From positions 4,463-68,462 of the forward strand of contig CAYSFG010000035.1 in NCBI GenBank assembly GCA_964430545.1: DNA of 64,000 bases, read 5' to 3'. Under the pieces are notes generated by a model. The model was not told the DNA's origin, searched no databases, and was given only the letters and a program-made list of their open reading frames with translations. Each line of letters opens with the position of its first letter. The first letter of the stretch is position 1. The position numbers and the translations under genes are program-made. Positions 7,398-17,292 of this stretch are shown here, one piece after another. The stretch is from Candidatus Woesearchaeota archaeon. Its GTDB lineage: Archaea > Nanobdellota > Nanobdellia > SCGC-AAA011-G17 > GW2011-AR18.

Positions 7398-9722
7398 ATG
7401 GTAAGTATGGAAGAAATACAAAAAAAATTTAAATTGATAAACTCTGAAGTTTCTAAAGTTGTAATTGGACAGGATAAAGTTGTTGAACAATTATTAGTAG
7501 CATTATTATGTAATGGGCATGTTTATTTAGAAGGATATCCGGGATTAGCAAAAACATTATTAGTAAAAACAATATCAAATATAATGGATTTAAAATTCTC
7601 AAGAATACAAGGTACACCAGACTTATTACCTAGTGATGTAACTGGAACTTATATAATAGATGAAAGCAAAGGAAAAAAAGAGTTTAAATTTCAACCAGGA
7701 CCAATATTTGCAAATATAATATTATTAGATGAAGTTAATAGAGCCACCCCTAAGACCCATTCATCAATATTAGAAGCAATGCAAGAAAGACAAGTAACTG
7801 TAGGAAATGCAACATATAAATTAGAAGAACCGTTCTTTGTATTAGCAACTGGAAATCCTATTGAGCAAGAAGGAAGCTTAACATTAGATCAATCAGTTTT
7901 TATAAATGGAGAATTAAAAACAGGACATGAATTATTAGAACAAGTTAAAAATAATAATACCCAAATATTAAAAAATGGAGATTTTGATTTATATAAACTT
8001 GAAGATTCATATACATATTCTTTAAATTCTAATGGAAAACTTAAGAAAAGTGAATGTTATCTTTATACTTTGCCTTATGATGATGAAATTATAAAGGTAA
8101 AAACTAGAATTGGAAGAGAAATTAAAGTTTCTAAAAATCATCCTTTTTTAATAAATGAAAAAGGAGAAATAAAATGGAAGAAAGCAGAAGAACTAATTGA
8201 AGGAGATTATTTAGTTACACCGGCAGCATTAAATGATGAGTATCATACAGAAGAAGTAGTTTCACATTTAGGTATATTAAATGAATTAAATAAAAAGTAT
8301 AAAATAATAAAATATGAAGAATATTTAAAATTAAAAGAACATAAAGAAATAAGCTTACCATCTTGGATATTAAATTTAAACTCTGAACTAAGAAAAGAAT
8401 TTTTGAAAACATTTATTTCATTAGAAGGATGCATAAGAGATAATATGATAAAAGTTTCACAAGCAAATAAAAATAACATTAATATTTTATCTTATTTATT
8501 ATTAAAAGAGGGTATAATTTCATTGTTTTTTGAAAAGAAGAAAAAAAATCATAGTGATTATGTAATAAAAATACAAGGAGAAGACTTTTTAAAATATTTA
8601 TTAAATATAGGATGGCTAAACGAAGAAACAAGAATTGAATGGTTAAATAGAGCAAAAAATGGAAAATTTTCATCTTTCAGAGTAATACCTACACCAAGAA
8701 ATCTTGTATTAAGACTTGTAAATTTATTAGGAATAAATTTAGTTCATACATACAAAAATCGAAAAAACTTTGTTAATAGGGAATGGTATTGTGGATATAA
8801 ATCTATAAAAGAAGGAAGAGAAAATATTTCCTTAGATATGTTTAAATTAATGCTTAATGGAATGGAAAAGGAGATAAATCTTAGAAATAATGTTGATTTA
8901 AATAATATTTCTAAGTCAAAAGATATAAAAAATACGGCGATTTTATGTGGCTTATCTATTAAAGATATTGAAACAAATATTAACATACCTTTTAATAAAA
9001 TTTCTAATTATTATGAAAATAATAATAGCAAACATTCACAACAAATAATAACTTGTGTTAAAAATGAATTTTTAAACAGACTCGAAGAAGCAAAATCTAT
9101 ATTAAACTATTTAAAAAAATTAGCAACAGAAGAAGTGTTATATGACAAAATAGAAAAATTATCTTATGAACCATATAATGGATTAATATTTGGATTGACA
9201 GTTCCAGGATTGCAGAATTATATTGGAGGTTATGGTGCTTGTGGTATTAATCATAATACTTTTAAATTATCAGAGGCACAAGTTGATAGATTTTTATTTA
9301 AAATAAATGTAGAATATCCTAAAATAGAAGAAGAATTAGAAATAGTTAGTAAATACAGTGAAATAACACCAGCTGAGATAAAAATAAAAACAGTATTTAC
9401 AAGTGAAGAATTAATAAAACTACAATCTTATGCAAAACAAATACCTATAGCAAAAGATATATTAAAATATGCTGTAGATTTAGTTGTTAGTACAAGAAAT
9501 AATAAACAATTAATTGAATATGGGGCAAGTCCAAGAGCTAGCATATCTTTAATAATGGCTGGAAAAGCAAGAGCATTAATTAATGGAAGAAAATATGTAA
9601 GTAAAGATGATATTAATGTAATGGCCTTACCTGTATTAAGACACAGAATAATAATCAGCTTTGAAGCAGAAAGACAAAATATGACAGAAGACGATGTGAT
9701 AACTAAATTAATTAAGAAATAA
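7398..9722 (+). CDS. MoxR-family AAA+ ATPase interrupted by an intein
   Basis: Walker A 'GYPGLAKT'. The extein junctions rejoin to '...ATGNPIEQEG|TFKLSEAQVDRF...', which resembles the conserved MoxR block NPIEQEGTYPLPEAQLDRF. The protein is 774 aa against about 310-320 aa expected for MoxR. Confidence 0.85.
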   Translation: MVSMEEIQKKFKLINSEVSKVVIGQDKVVEQLLVALLCNGHVYLEGYPGLAKTLLVKTISNIMDLKFSRIQGTPDLLPSDVTGTYIIDESKGKKEFKFQPGPIFANIILLDEVNRATPKTHSSILEAMQERQVTVGNATYKLEEPFFVLATGNPIEQEGSLTLDQSVFINGELKTGHELLEQVKNNNTQILKNGDFDLYKLEDSYTYSLNSNGKLKKSECYLYTLPYDDEIIKVKTRIGREIKVSKNHPFLINEKGEIKWKKAEELIEGDYLVTPAALNDEYHTEEVVSHLGILNELNKKYKIIKYEEYLKLKEHKEISLPSWILNLNSELRKEFLKTFISLEGCIRDNMIKVSQANKNNINILSYLLLKEGIISLFFEKKKKNHSDYVIKIQGEDFLKYLLNIGWLNEETRIEWLNRAKNGKFSSFRVIPTPRNLVLRLVNLLGINLVHTYKNRKNFVNREWYCGYKSIKEGRENISLDMFKLMLNGMEKEINLRNNVDLNNISKSKDIKNTAILCGLSIKDIETNINIPFNKISNYYENNNSKHSQQIITCVKNEFLNRLEEAKSILNYLKKLATEEVLYDKIEKLSYEPYNGLIFGLTVPGLQNYIGGYGACGINHNTFKLSEAQVDRFLFKINVEYPKIEEELEIVSKYSEITPAEIKIKTVFTSEELIKLQSYAKQIPIAKDILKYAVDLVVSTRNNKQLIEYGASPRASISLIMAGKARALINGRKYVSKDDINVMALPVLRHRIIISFEAERQNMTEDDVITKLIKK
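7875..9257 (+). mobile_element. intein (461 aa) with probable LAGLIDADG-type homing endonuclease domain inside the MoxR ATPase
   Basis: Block A 'SLTLDQSVFINGE' begins immediately after EQEG. Block B-like 'KVSKNHPFL'. Endonuclease-like 'FLKTFISLEGCI'. C-terminal 'GINHN' is followed by Thr (+1). Removing the insert restores a contiguous MoxR. Confidence 0.75.
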
Positions 9723-9731
9723 ATTCAGTCT

Positions 9732-10583
9732 ATGGTAATACAAACAGATTTTCTAAGACAATTGGATAAATTTAACTTAGTAATACATAAAAAAGTAGCA
9801 TCAGGTTTTATTGGCGATAGAAGAGCAAATTTTACAGGATCAGGATTAATATTTAAAGATTATTCAACTTATGTACCAGGAGATGATTTTAAACATATAG
9901 ATTGGCTAGTTTATGGGAAGACAGATAAATTATATGTGAAAAGATATGAAGAAGATAGAAACTTAACAATACATATATTATTAGATATAAGTGGAAGCAT
10001 GAATTTTGGAACTAAAATTAAAAAATATGAATTTGGGAGTATGATAGCATTAGGATTTAGTTATATAGCAATGAAAAATAATGAAAAATTTGTATTAAGT
10101 ACATTTGATGATAAATTAGAATTTTTTAAACCAAAAAAAGGAGCAAGACAATTAGCTGCAATATTAAATTATTTAAATAGTAAAACAGCAAAGGGAATAA
10201 GCAGCTTTGAGCAATCATTAATTAGTTATAAAAGTTTAGTAAACTCAAGAGCAATGATTATAATAATATCAGATTTTTTTTATGATATAGAACAAATAAA
10301 GACAATATTACATAAGTATAAGAATAATAAAATAAAATTAATACAGGTTTTAGATTCAGTAGAAAAAAAAATGAATTTAGATGGAGAATATAATTTAGTT
10401 GATCTTGAAAGTGATAATAAAATGCATACTTATATAGATCCATTAGTAAGACAAGAATATTTAAAAAGATTAGAAGAACATAATACTAAAATAATAAATT
10501 CTTGTGCTGAAGTTAAAGCAGACTTTTATACTGTTAATAATGAAGAAAACATATTTGATGTATTTTATAGAATATTAAATTAA
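9732..10583 (+). CDS. DUF58 family protein (vWA-like, MoxR partner)
   Basis: 'YVPGDDFKHIDWLVYGKTDKLYVKRYEEDRNLTIHILLDISGSM' matches the DUF58 signature; lies immediately downstream of MoxR. Confidence 0.75.
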   Translation: MVIQTDFLRQLDKFNLVIHKKVASGFIGDRRANFTGSGLIFKDYSTYVPGDDFKHIDWLVYGKTDKLYVKRYEEDRNLTIHILLDISGSMNFGTKIKKYEFGSMIALGFSYIAMKNNEKFVLSTFDDKLEFFKPKKGARQLAAILNYLNSKTAKGISSFEQSLISYKSLVNSRAMIIIISDFFYDIEQIKTILHKYKNNKIKLIQVLDSVEKKMNLDGEYNLVDLESDNKMHTYIDPLVRQEYLKRLEEHNTKIINSCAEVKADFYTVNNEENIFDVFYRILN

Positions 10584-12077
10584 ATAAATATTATCTAAAT
10601 CTTCTTTAATTACATAATCCAGTTTATATTTATCTTCTGCGTAAATTTTAAATAAAATCTCTCTTTTTATAACTTTATCATTTACTTTTTTATACAAATA
10701 AATTCCCGCCCCTTTATCATAAGGAGCTCCAGCTATTTTTGCAATTTTGGAAACTAAACGATTACTAATAATTTTAATTCTACCAGATTTTTTAGATTTA
10801 TAATCAAAAGTGTATTTACCTAAACTTATATCTTCAGGTTTAATATTTGGATTGCCACCTTGAGCTTTAATAATTTCCTGCATTTTTTTATAAGCCAGAC
10901 CAGACTCTAATATTTCACTAGCTTTTTTACCACCATTTTTTACTCCAACCATTTCTAATAATAATCCTGCCATATAAACTGATTTTTTTGATAAATCTTC
11001 AGGACCATTATTTTGCAAAACTTTTAAAACATCAATCGCTTCAAGAGCGGGACCAACACCATTACCAATAGGTTGATCTCCATTTGTTATTATTACTTTA
11101 ATTTTAAGATTAAGTTTTTTACCAAGAATAATAAATTTTTTTGATAAATCTTCTGCTTTTTTTATAGATTTAAATTTAGCTTCACGACCAATAGGAATGT
11201 CAATTAAAACATGAGTAGAACCTGCGGATAATTTTTTAGCTAATATAGATGCTAATAAAAAACCTTCTGGATCAATATTTAATACTTTTTCTAATTTAAT
11301 TAATTTATCATCGGCAGAAGCCAAATCTAAAGCACCCCCCCAAACCATACAACCATTAGTTTTATTTACTATTTCCATAATTTTGTCTTTAGAAAAAGAA
11401 ACAGGAGCTAATACTTCTACACAATCTGAAGTTCCTGCGGGAGATGTAATAGACCTAGTAGAAGTTTTTGGAATTATAAAACCTGCTGCTGCAATAATAG
11501 GAACTACAATCATAGTTGTTCTGTTGTTGGGAATTCCACCTATTGAATGTTTATCTGCAATAATTTTTTTATTAAACTTTAATTTGCCACTATTATTAAC
11601 AATTGCTTTAGTTAAATATGCAGATTCGTTTAATGTCATACCATTAATGTAACAAGCAGAAACAAAATAAGTAGCTTCAACTTCTGTTAATATATTTGAT
11701 AATAAATCTTTTATAATTTGATCAATCTCTTTTTCATTTAATTCATTATTATCTAACTTCTTTTTAATATAATCTAAAGATTTTGGTATTTGAGTAGGAA
11801 AAACTTCTATAATTTCATTATCTTTTAAACTTAATTCATCAGCAACATCTATGAAAACACCTATTTCTCCCTGTTCTATCCCTTTTTTTCCTAAAGCTTC
11901 ATCTACAGAAATTATTAAACTTTTTTTATTTTTTATTTCTATCCTGTCTAAAGGTTTAATTCCTAAATCATTAATATCTTTTTCATTTAATATACCAATA
12001 AATGGTCCTTTTGTTGCTATTTGTAATATCTTAATTTTAAGTTTCAATTTTATTACCACCAAAATTAAAATAATCAT
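10575..12077 (-). CDS. deoA: AMP phosphorylase / thymidine phosphorylase family (archaeal-type, about 500 aa)
   Basis: Glycosyl-transferase family 3 motifs 'KHSIGGIPNNRTTMIVVPIIAAAGFIIPKTSTRSITSPAGTSD'; length typical of archaeal AMP phosphorylase. The true start is probably the TTG at about 12047 ('LKLKIKILQ...'), which would remove the overlap with the upstream gene. Confidence 0.8.
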   Translation of the reverse strand: MIILILVVIKLKLKIKILQIATKGPFIGILNEKDINDLGIKPLDRIEIKNKKSLIISVDEALGKKGIEQGEIGVFIDVADELSLKDNEIIEVFPTQIPKSLDYIKKKLDNNELNEKEIDQIIKDLLSNILTEVEATYFVSACYINGMTLNESAYLTKAIVNNSGKLKFNKKIIADKHSIGGIPNNRTTMIVVPIIAAAGFIIPKTSTRSITSPAGTSDCVEVLAPVSFSKDKIMEIVNKTNGCMVWGGALDLASADDKLIKLEKVLNIDPEGFLLASILAKKLSAGSTHVLIDIPIGREAKFKSIKKAEDLSKKFIILGKKLNLKIKVIITNGDQPIGNGVGPALEAIDVLKVLQNNGPEDLSKKSVYMAGLLLEMVGVKNGGKKASEILESGLAYKKMQEIIKAQGGNPNIKPEDISLGKYTFDYKSKKSGRIKIISNRLVSKIAKIAGAPYDKGAGIYLYKKVNDKVIKREILFKIYAEDKYKLDYVIKEDLDNIYLI

Positions 12078-13035
12078 TTAATATTATTATAAAAGAAGAT
12101 AAAATTATTGGTCCGACAATGAAACCTATAGCCCCGAATATGCTAATACCACCTAAGGCACCAAGTATTACAACAATGGGGTGAACATTAGCCTTTATTT
12201 GAGCAACTTTTGCTTTAATGAAATGTTCTGTTAAATTTAATATTATCCCTATAATTATTAAACCAACTACTTGTGTAGTATCTCCTTCTAAAAGTGCAAA
12301 AAATGCTATAGGAAGCCATATAACTACAGGGCCTATAAAAGGAATAAAAGCAGCTATACCTATCATCAATGCAAATAGAAATGGAGAATGAATTCCTAAT
12401 AACTTAAATCCTAATAAAGATATGATAAACTGAATTATTGCTGTTAAAAATAAGCCATATATTATAGCATCTGTTACATTTTTAATATGATTTACAAGTT
12501 CTGATCTTTTTTTAATTGGAATTATACACCTTATTTTGTCTACAAATTTTTCTCCTAAAATTAAAAAATAAAACAAAGCTAAAATTGATATAAATAATGA
12601 TATTAATTTTGATGGTACATTAAATAAAAAATTAATTGTTTCTATTTTAATGTATGATATAACTTTAGTAATACTATCTGAAATTAGTATACTTAAAGTT
12701 GGCTGATTTTTAAAATAAGATGAAGTAATATCTTGAATATTATTTACAATGTTGCCTTCTTTAATTATGTTAATTGTTTCTTTTGATATAGAATTTGCTA
12801 TAAAAACAATAGGCAATAAAAATATTATAATTATTAATATTGTTACAATTAATGCGCTTATAATATCATTTTTTATTACAGACATTAATTTTTTATATAA
12901 AGGATACCCTAAATAAGCAAGGATTGAACTTATTAATAATGCTGAAATAAATGGTTTGATTATGGTAAATGATAGATAAATTATGATTATAAGAAAACCT
13001 ATTAGGACATATTTATTAAATTCTTCTTTATCCAT
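12037..13035 (-). CDS. AI-2E family (UPF0118/PerM-like) transporter
   Basis: About 330 aa with eight predicted TM helices in the arrangement typical of AI-2E permeases. Confidence 0.45.
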   Translation of the reverse strand: MDKEEFNKYVLIGFLIIIIYLSFTIIKPFISALLISSILAYLGYPLYKKLMSVIKNDIISALIVTILIIIIFLLPIVFIANSISKETINIIKEGNIVNNIQDITSSYFKNQPTLSILISDSITKVISYIKIETINFLFNVPSKLISLFISILALFYFLILGEKFVDKIRCIIPIKKRSELVNHIKNVTDAIIYGLFLTAIIQFIISLLGFKLLGIHSPFLFALMIGIAAFIPFIGPVVIWLPIAFFALLEGDTTQVVGLIIIGIILNLTEHFIKAKVAQIKANVHPIVVILGALGGISIFGAIGFIVGPIILSSFIIILNDYFNFGGNKIET

Positions 13036-13089
13036 ACTATTATTAATCTTAATATAATTTATAAACTTTATTAATTACTTAACTTTATA

Positions 13090-15159
13090 ATGTGTGGAAT
13101 AATAGGAGTATTTGGGGATAAAAATTCAAGAAAACTTGTTCAGAAAGAATTAGAGTTAATTAATAATAGGGGCAGAGATGGAAAATTTTTTATAAGATTA
13201 GATAATGATTCTAGCGTTGGACATTGTTTACATGCTGTAGTTGGAAAGTTAAAACAACCATTAAAAGCTAAAGGAATATTTTTAGCAAATTGTGAAATAT
13301 ATAATTGGAAAGAATTAAGTTCAGAATATCTAATAAAATCTGAAAACGATGCTGATTTATTTTTTAAATTAATTGAAAAAATTGGATTAGAAGAAACTTT
13401 AGAATTAGTTGATGGGGATTATGCTGGATGTTATATTATTAATAATAAATTATATTTATTTAAAGATTTATTAGGTGTAAAACCGTTATGGTATAGTTTT
13501 AATAAAAAATTTGTATTTGCTTCTGAGAAAAAAGTTCTTGAGAATTTAGGATGTGAAAAAATATATGACCTTAGCCCTAGAATGATTTTAATTTATAACA
13601 TTAAAAATAGTAAATTAACTTTTATTAATAGAAAATTTATAGAACTTAATAAAAATGAGAAAGAATATCCTATAATAAAAAAAGAAACATTAGGATTATT
13701 AATAAATGCAATATCAAAAAGAATACCTGACAGCAAATTTGGAGTAATGTTCTCCGGCGGAATAGATTCTGTTTTTATAACATTAATATTAAAACAATTA
13801 AGAGTTAAATTTAATTGTTATACTTGTATTGTAGAAGATGGCAATTTTAACAAGGCAGAAGATCTTATATATTCTGAAAAAATAGCTAAAGAATTAGGAT
13901 TAAAATTAAAAATTATAAAGGTTCAATTAAAAGATATTAAAAAAGCTTTAAAAATAGTTCCTATAACTATAGAATCTAATAATGTTACGAAAGTTAGTGT
14001 TGCATTACCTTTTTATTTTATATCTAAAAAAGCAAAAGAAGATGGTTGTAAAGTATTAATGTCTGGATTAGGAAGTGAAGAAATATTTGCAGGATATGAA
14101 AGACATAAAAGAAGTTTAGATATAAATAAAGAATGTTATTCAGGATTATTATGGCTTTATGAAAGAGATTTATACAGAGATGATGTAATAACAATGTATA
14201 ATAGTGTTGAATTAAGAGTCCCATTTCTTGACTTAACGTTAGTAAAATATGTTTTGAATATAGATCAAAAATATAAAATTAATAATGAGAATAATAAAAT
14301 AATTTTAAGAGAAATAGCTTTTGGATTAGGGTTAAAAAAAGAATATGCTTACAGGAAAAAAAGAGCAGCACAGTATGGTGGAAATTTTGATAAAGCCATA
14401 GATAAATTAGCTAGATTAGAAAATGCTAAAAGTAAATCTGAATATTTATATAAATATTATCATAAACCTAATTTGAAATTAGGTGTATTATATTCTGGTG
14501 GAAAAGATAGTAATTATTCTATGTATATAATGCAAAAACAGAATTATGAAATAAAATGTTTAATAAGTTTAAAAAGTTTAAATAAAGATTCATATATGTT
14601 TCATACTCCTAATATAAATTTTGTAAAATACCAAAGTGAAGCTTTAGAAATACCTATATTAATACAAGAAACTAAAGGAGAGAAAGAAAATGAATTAGAA
14701 GATATGAAAAATATTTTATTAAAAGCTAAAGAAAAATATGGATTGCAAGGTATAGTAACTGGGGCCTTATATTCCAATTATCAAAGGGACAGAATAGAAA
14801 AAATATGTGATTCAATAGGTCTAAAAGTATTTTCCCCGTTATGGCATAAAGAACAATTACAAGAACTTAAAGAGATTATAAATGAAGGATTTGAAGTTAT
14901 AATAATAAGAATAGCTGCAGATGGACTAAATAAAAACTGGTTGGGAAGAAAATTAGATTTTAAAGCTGTTGAAGAATTGGAAAGGTTATATTTGAAAAAT
15001 GGACTAAATATTGCAGGTGAGGGTGGCGAATTTGAGACATTTGTTTTAAATGGCCCTAATTTTAAAAAAATAATTCATATAGAAAAGTCTAAAATAAAAA
15101 TGGAATCTGAAAATTGTGGAGATTTAATTATTGAAAAAATTGGATTAAAAGATAAATGA
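13090..15159 (+). CDS. fusion protein: class-II glutamine amidotransferase + asparagine-synthetase-like PP-loop domain fused to a Dph6/MJ0570-type ATP pyrophosphatase (diphthine-ammonia ligase-like) domain
   Basis: N-terminus 'MCGIIGVF' (Cys2 nucleophile) and 'GHCLHAVVG...CEIYNWKEL'; PP-loop 'SGGIDS' about residue 222. A second PP-loop 'YSGGKDS' about residue 470 plus 'GEGGEFETFVLNGPNF' is the Dph6/MJ0570 hallmark. Confidence 0.7.
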   Translation: MCGIIGVFGDKNSRKLVQKELELINNRGRDGKFFIRLDNDSSVGHCLHAVVGKLKQPLKAKGIFLANCEIYNWKELSSEYLIKSENDADLFFKLIEKIGLEETLELVDGDYAGCYIINNKLYLFKDLLGVKPLWYSFNKKFVFASEKKVLENLGCEKIYDLSPRMILIYNIKNSKLTFINRKFIELNKNEKEYPIIKKETLGLLINAISKRIPDSKFGVMFSGGIDSVFITLILKQLRVKFNCYTCIVEDGNFNKAEDLIYSEKIAKELGLKLKIIKVQLKDIKKALKIVPITIESNNVTKVSVALPFYFISKKAKEDGCKVLMSGLGSEEIFAGYERHKRSLDINKECYSGLLWLYERDLYRDDVITMYNSVELRVPFLDLTLVKYVLNIDQKYKINNENNKIILREIAFGLGLKKEYAYRKKRAAQYGGNFDKAIDKLARLENAKSKSEYLYKYYHKPNLKLGVLYSGGKDSNYSMYIMQKQNYEIKCLISLKSLNKDSYMFHTPNINFVKYQSEALEIPILIQETKGEKENELEDMKNILLKAKEKYGLQGIVTGALYSNYQRDRIEKICDSIGLKVFSPLWHKEQLQELKEIINEGFEVIIIRIAADGLNKNWLGRKLDFKAVEELERLYLKNGLNIAGEGGEFETFVLNGPNFKKIIHIEKSKIKMESENCGDLIIEKIGLKDK

Positions 15160-15264
15160 ATTCGATATTTTTAAATCTAATATTATAGTTAGCTAACAAA
15201 ATCTTCAGATTATTTTTAGTATTTTTTTGACTAACACTAAACCCTTTTATACCTAAAAATTTAT

Positions 15265-16404
15265 ATGGTTTACTATGTTTCTAAAAACATGAAACAACCA
15301 TTATGTAAATATTTTGGAAAATGTGGCGGATGTGTAACACAACATATAGAATATGAACTACAATTAGAAAATAAAAAAAATCTATTAAGTAAATTATTAA
15401 ATTTTGAAGATATAAAAGTTTTTTCAGATGATGAATATTATTACAGAAACAGAATGGATTTTGTATTTAATAATAAAGTAATAGGGTTAAGAAAAAAAGG
15501 AACTTGGTATGATATTATAGATATAGAAAAATGTGTTATATCAAATAAAAGATTAAATGAATTAATAAAAGAAATAAGAGAATTTTTTAAAGAAATTGAT
15601 GCTTTTGATATAATAAAACATACCGGAACATTTAGATATTCTGTAATAAGAACACCGCAACAAGACTCTTCAATATCATTTGTTTTAAATAGTAATTCTA
15701 CTAAATTAGAACAAGCAAATGAAAAAATAAAAGAATTCTCAAAAATAACTACTGCAAATAATATAATAATAACTTATGTACAAGAAAACACAGATGTAAG
15801 CATATCAGAAGATTATTTTATTGTAAAAGGAAATGATTTTTTAAAAGAAGAATTTTTTAATAAAACTTTTAAATATCCTATACAAGGCTTTTTTCAAAAT
15901 AATTATAAAATAGCAAATAAAATGTTAGGATATACCAATGAATTAATAAAAAAATATGAAACTAAAGATTTAAGCTTGTTGGATTTATATGGCGGTGTAG
16001 GAACATTTGGGATAATAAATTCAGAATTATTTAAAGATGTCTTAATAGTTGAAAGCTTAAAATCTTCAATAGATGCAGCAAATGAAAATATAAAAGAAAA
16101 TTATATAAAAAATACTAAAGCAATAATATTAGATGCAATACAATTAAAGAAGCTGGAATTTAAAAATAAACTATTTGTAATAACTGACCCACCTAGAAGC
16201 GGAATGCATCTTAAAACAATAGAACAATTAAAAAAATTAAGACCTGAAGTTATAATATATGTATCTTGCAATCCCCAACAATTAGCCAAAGATGTTGAAA
16301 AATTTAAGAAATACAAAATAAATAGTGTTGCTATATTTGATTTATTTCCACAGACAAACCATTCAGAAGCAATAGTTGAATTAGTAAAAGATAATGTTAT
16401 ATAA
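15265..16404 (+). CDS. RumA/TrmA-family RNA (uracil-5)-methyltransferase with N-terminal Fe-S Cys cluster
   Basis: 'CKYFGKCGGCVTQHIEYELQLENKK' Cys motif; SAM fold 'LDLYGGVGTFG'; catalytic 'DPPRSG'. Confidence 0.8.
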   Translation: MVYYVSKNMKQPLCKYFGKCGGCVTQHIEYELQLENKKNLLSKLLNFEDIKVFSDDEYYYRNRMDFVFNNKVIGLRKKGTWYDIIDIEKCVISNKRLNELIKEIREFFKEIDAFDIIKHTGTFRYSVIRTPQQDSSISFVLNSNSTKLEQANEKIKEFSKITTANNIIITYVQENTDVSISEDYFIVKGNDFLKEEFFNKTFKYPIQGFFQNNYKIANKMLGYTNELIKKYETKDLSLLDLYGGVGTFGIINSELFKDVLIVESLKSSIDAANENIKENYIKNTKAIILDAIQLKKLEFKNKLFVITDPPRSGMHLKTIEQLKKLRPEVIIYVSCNPQQLAKDVEKFKKYKINSVAIFDLFPQTNHSEAIVELVKDNVI

Positions 16405-16579
16405 TTTTTTAATGAGACTTTTTGCAAAATCTTTAGTAATTTATAGTTCTTATTATATTTTTACTTTTAGTAGTAAAGAAAAATGCAAAAACCATGGGTT
16501 TGTGTGATAGCACATAAAAATAAGCAATAGTATTTTCTTAAAGTAATATACATCATAAAATTATTTTAAATTTTTAAAA

Positions 16580-16852
16580 CTAACTTAACACAGATGGTAA
16601 TGCTTTCTGTAATAAAAATAATATTACAAATATAGAAAATAACCAATGAAAAATACCATTAACTGCTGCAATAAAATATAAACCAGATAAAATATCAAGT
16701 AAACTTATAGAATCTCCAATTAAACTAAAAAACAGGCCTTTTATCATAAGATATACTGCCATAATAATAACTAAAGACTTTGGTAAATATTCAATAAGAA
16801 CTAAAGATAATATTGCTAACATATCAGCTAATCCAAGTAGTTTAATTATCAT
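16580..16852 (-). CDS. small integral membrane protein (hypothetical)
   Basis: 90 aa, three hydrophobic helices; sits in an otherwise non-coding gap. Confidence 0.35.
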   Translation of the reverse strand: MIIKLLGLADMLAILSLVLIEYLPKSLVIIMAVYLMIKGLFFSLIGDSISLLDILSGLYFIAAVNGIFHWLFSIFVILFLLQKALPSVLS

Positions 16853-16900
16853 TCTAAAATTATTTTATCAAGTATTTATATTAATTTCTATGAAAATGAA

Positions 16901-17242
16901 TTATAACTCAGAATAAACACTTTCTATATATCCTATTAGTTCTTTTATCCTGTTTAATTGAGCAGAATTTAACTTACCTGGATTTGTTTTACTAAGTTTA
17001 TCTAAATTTATATAAGAATCTGGTATATCTTTCTGAAGTCTTAACATAGGCCTTTCAGGAGCTTCATTTCTTAGGATAGCTTCTGTAGAACCAATAATAT
17101 TTTTTATATTATAATCAAATAACTGAGCTTTTGACATATCAGTAATAGAAAGACCTGACCTTTCTAATAGTTGTTCAGTTTCGTAAGCAATATTTCTTAA
17201 TTCTTTTAATTTTTCTAAAACTTCTGTACTTTTGTTTTGCAT
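16901..17242 (-). CDS. hypothetical protein
   Basis: 113-aa ORF with mixed, non-repetitive charged composition; no motif recognised. Confidence 0.4.
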   Translation of the reverse strand: MQNKSTEVLEKLKELRNIAYETEQLLERSGLSITDMSKAQLFDYNIKNIIGSTEAILRNEAPERPMLRLQKDIPDSYINLDKLSKTNPGKLNSAQLNRIKELIGYIESVYSEL

Positions 17243-17292
17243 GTTATTTGTGTTATCAAAGTATTTAAAAAGTTTTGTATTAATTAAAGGAT

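Noticed and set aside
10575-12077. 41-nt overlap between the AMP phosphorylase start and the end of the AI-2E permease gene
   Set aside because: The overlap is probably an artefact of choosing the longest ORF. An in-frame TTG at about 12047 gives an N-terminus (LKLKIKILQ...) typical of AMP phosphorylases and removes the overlap.
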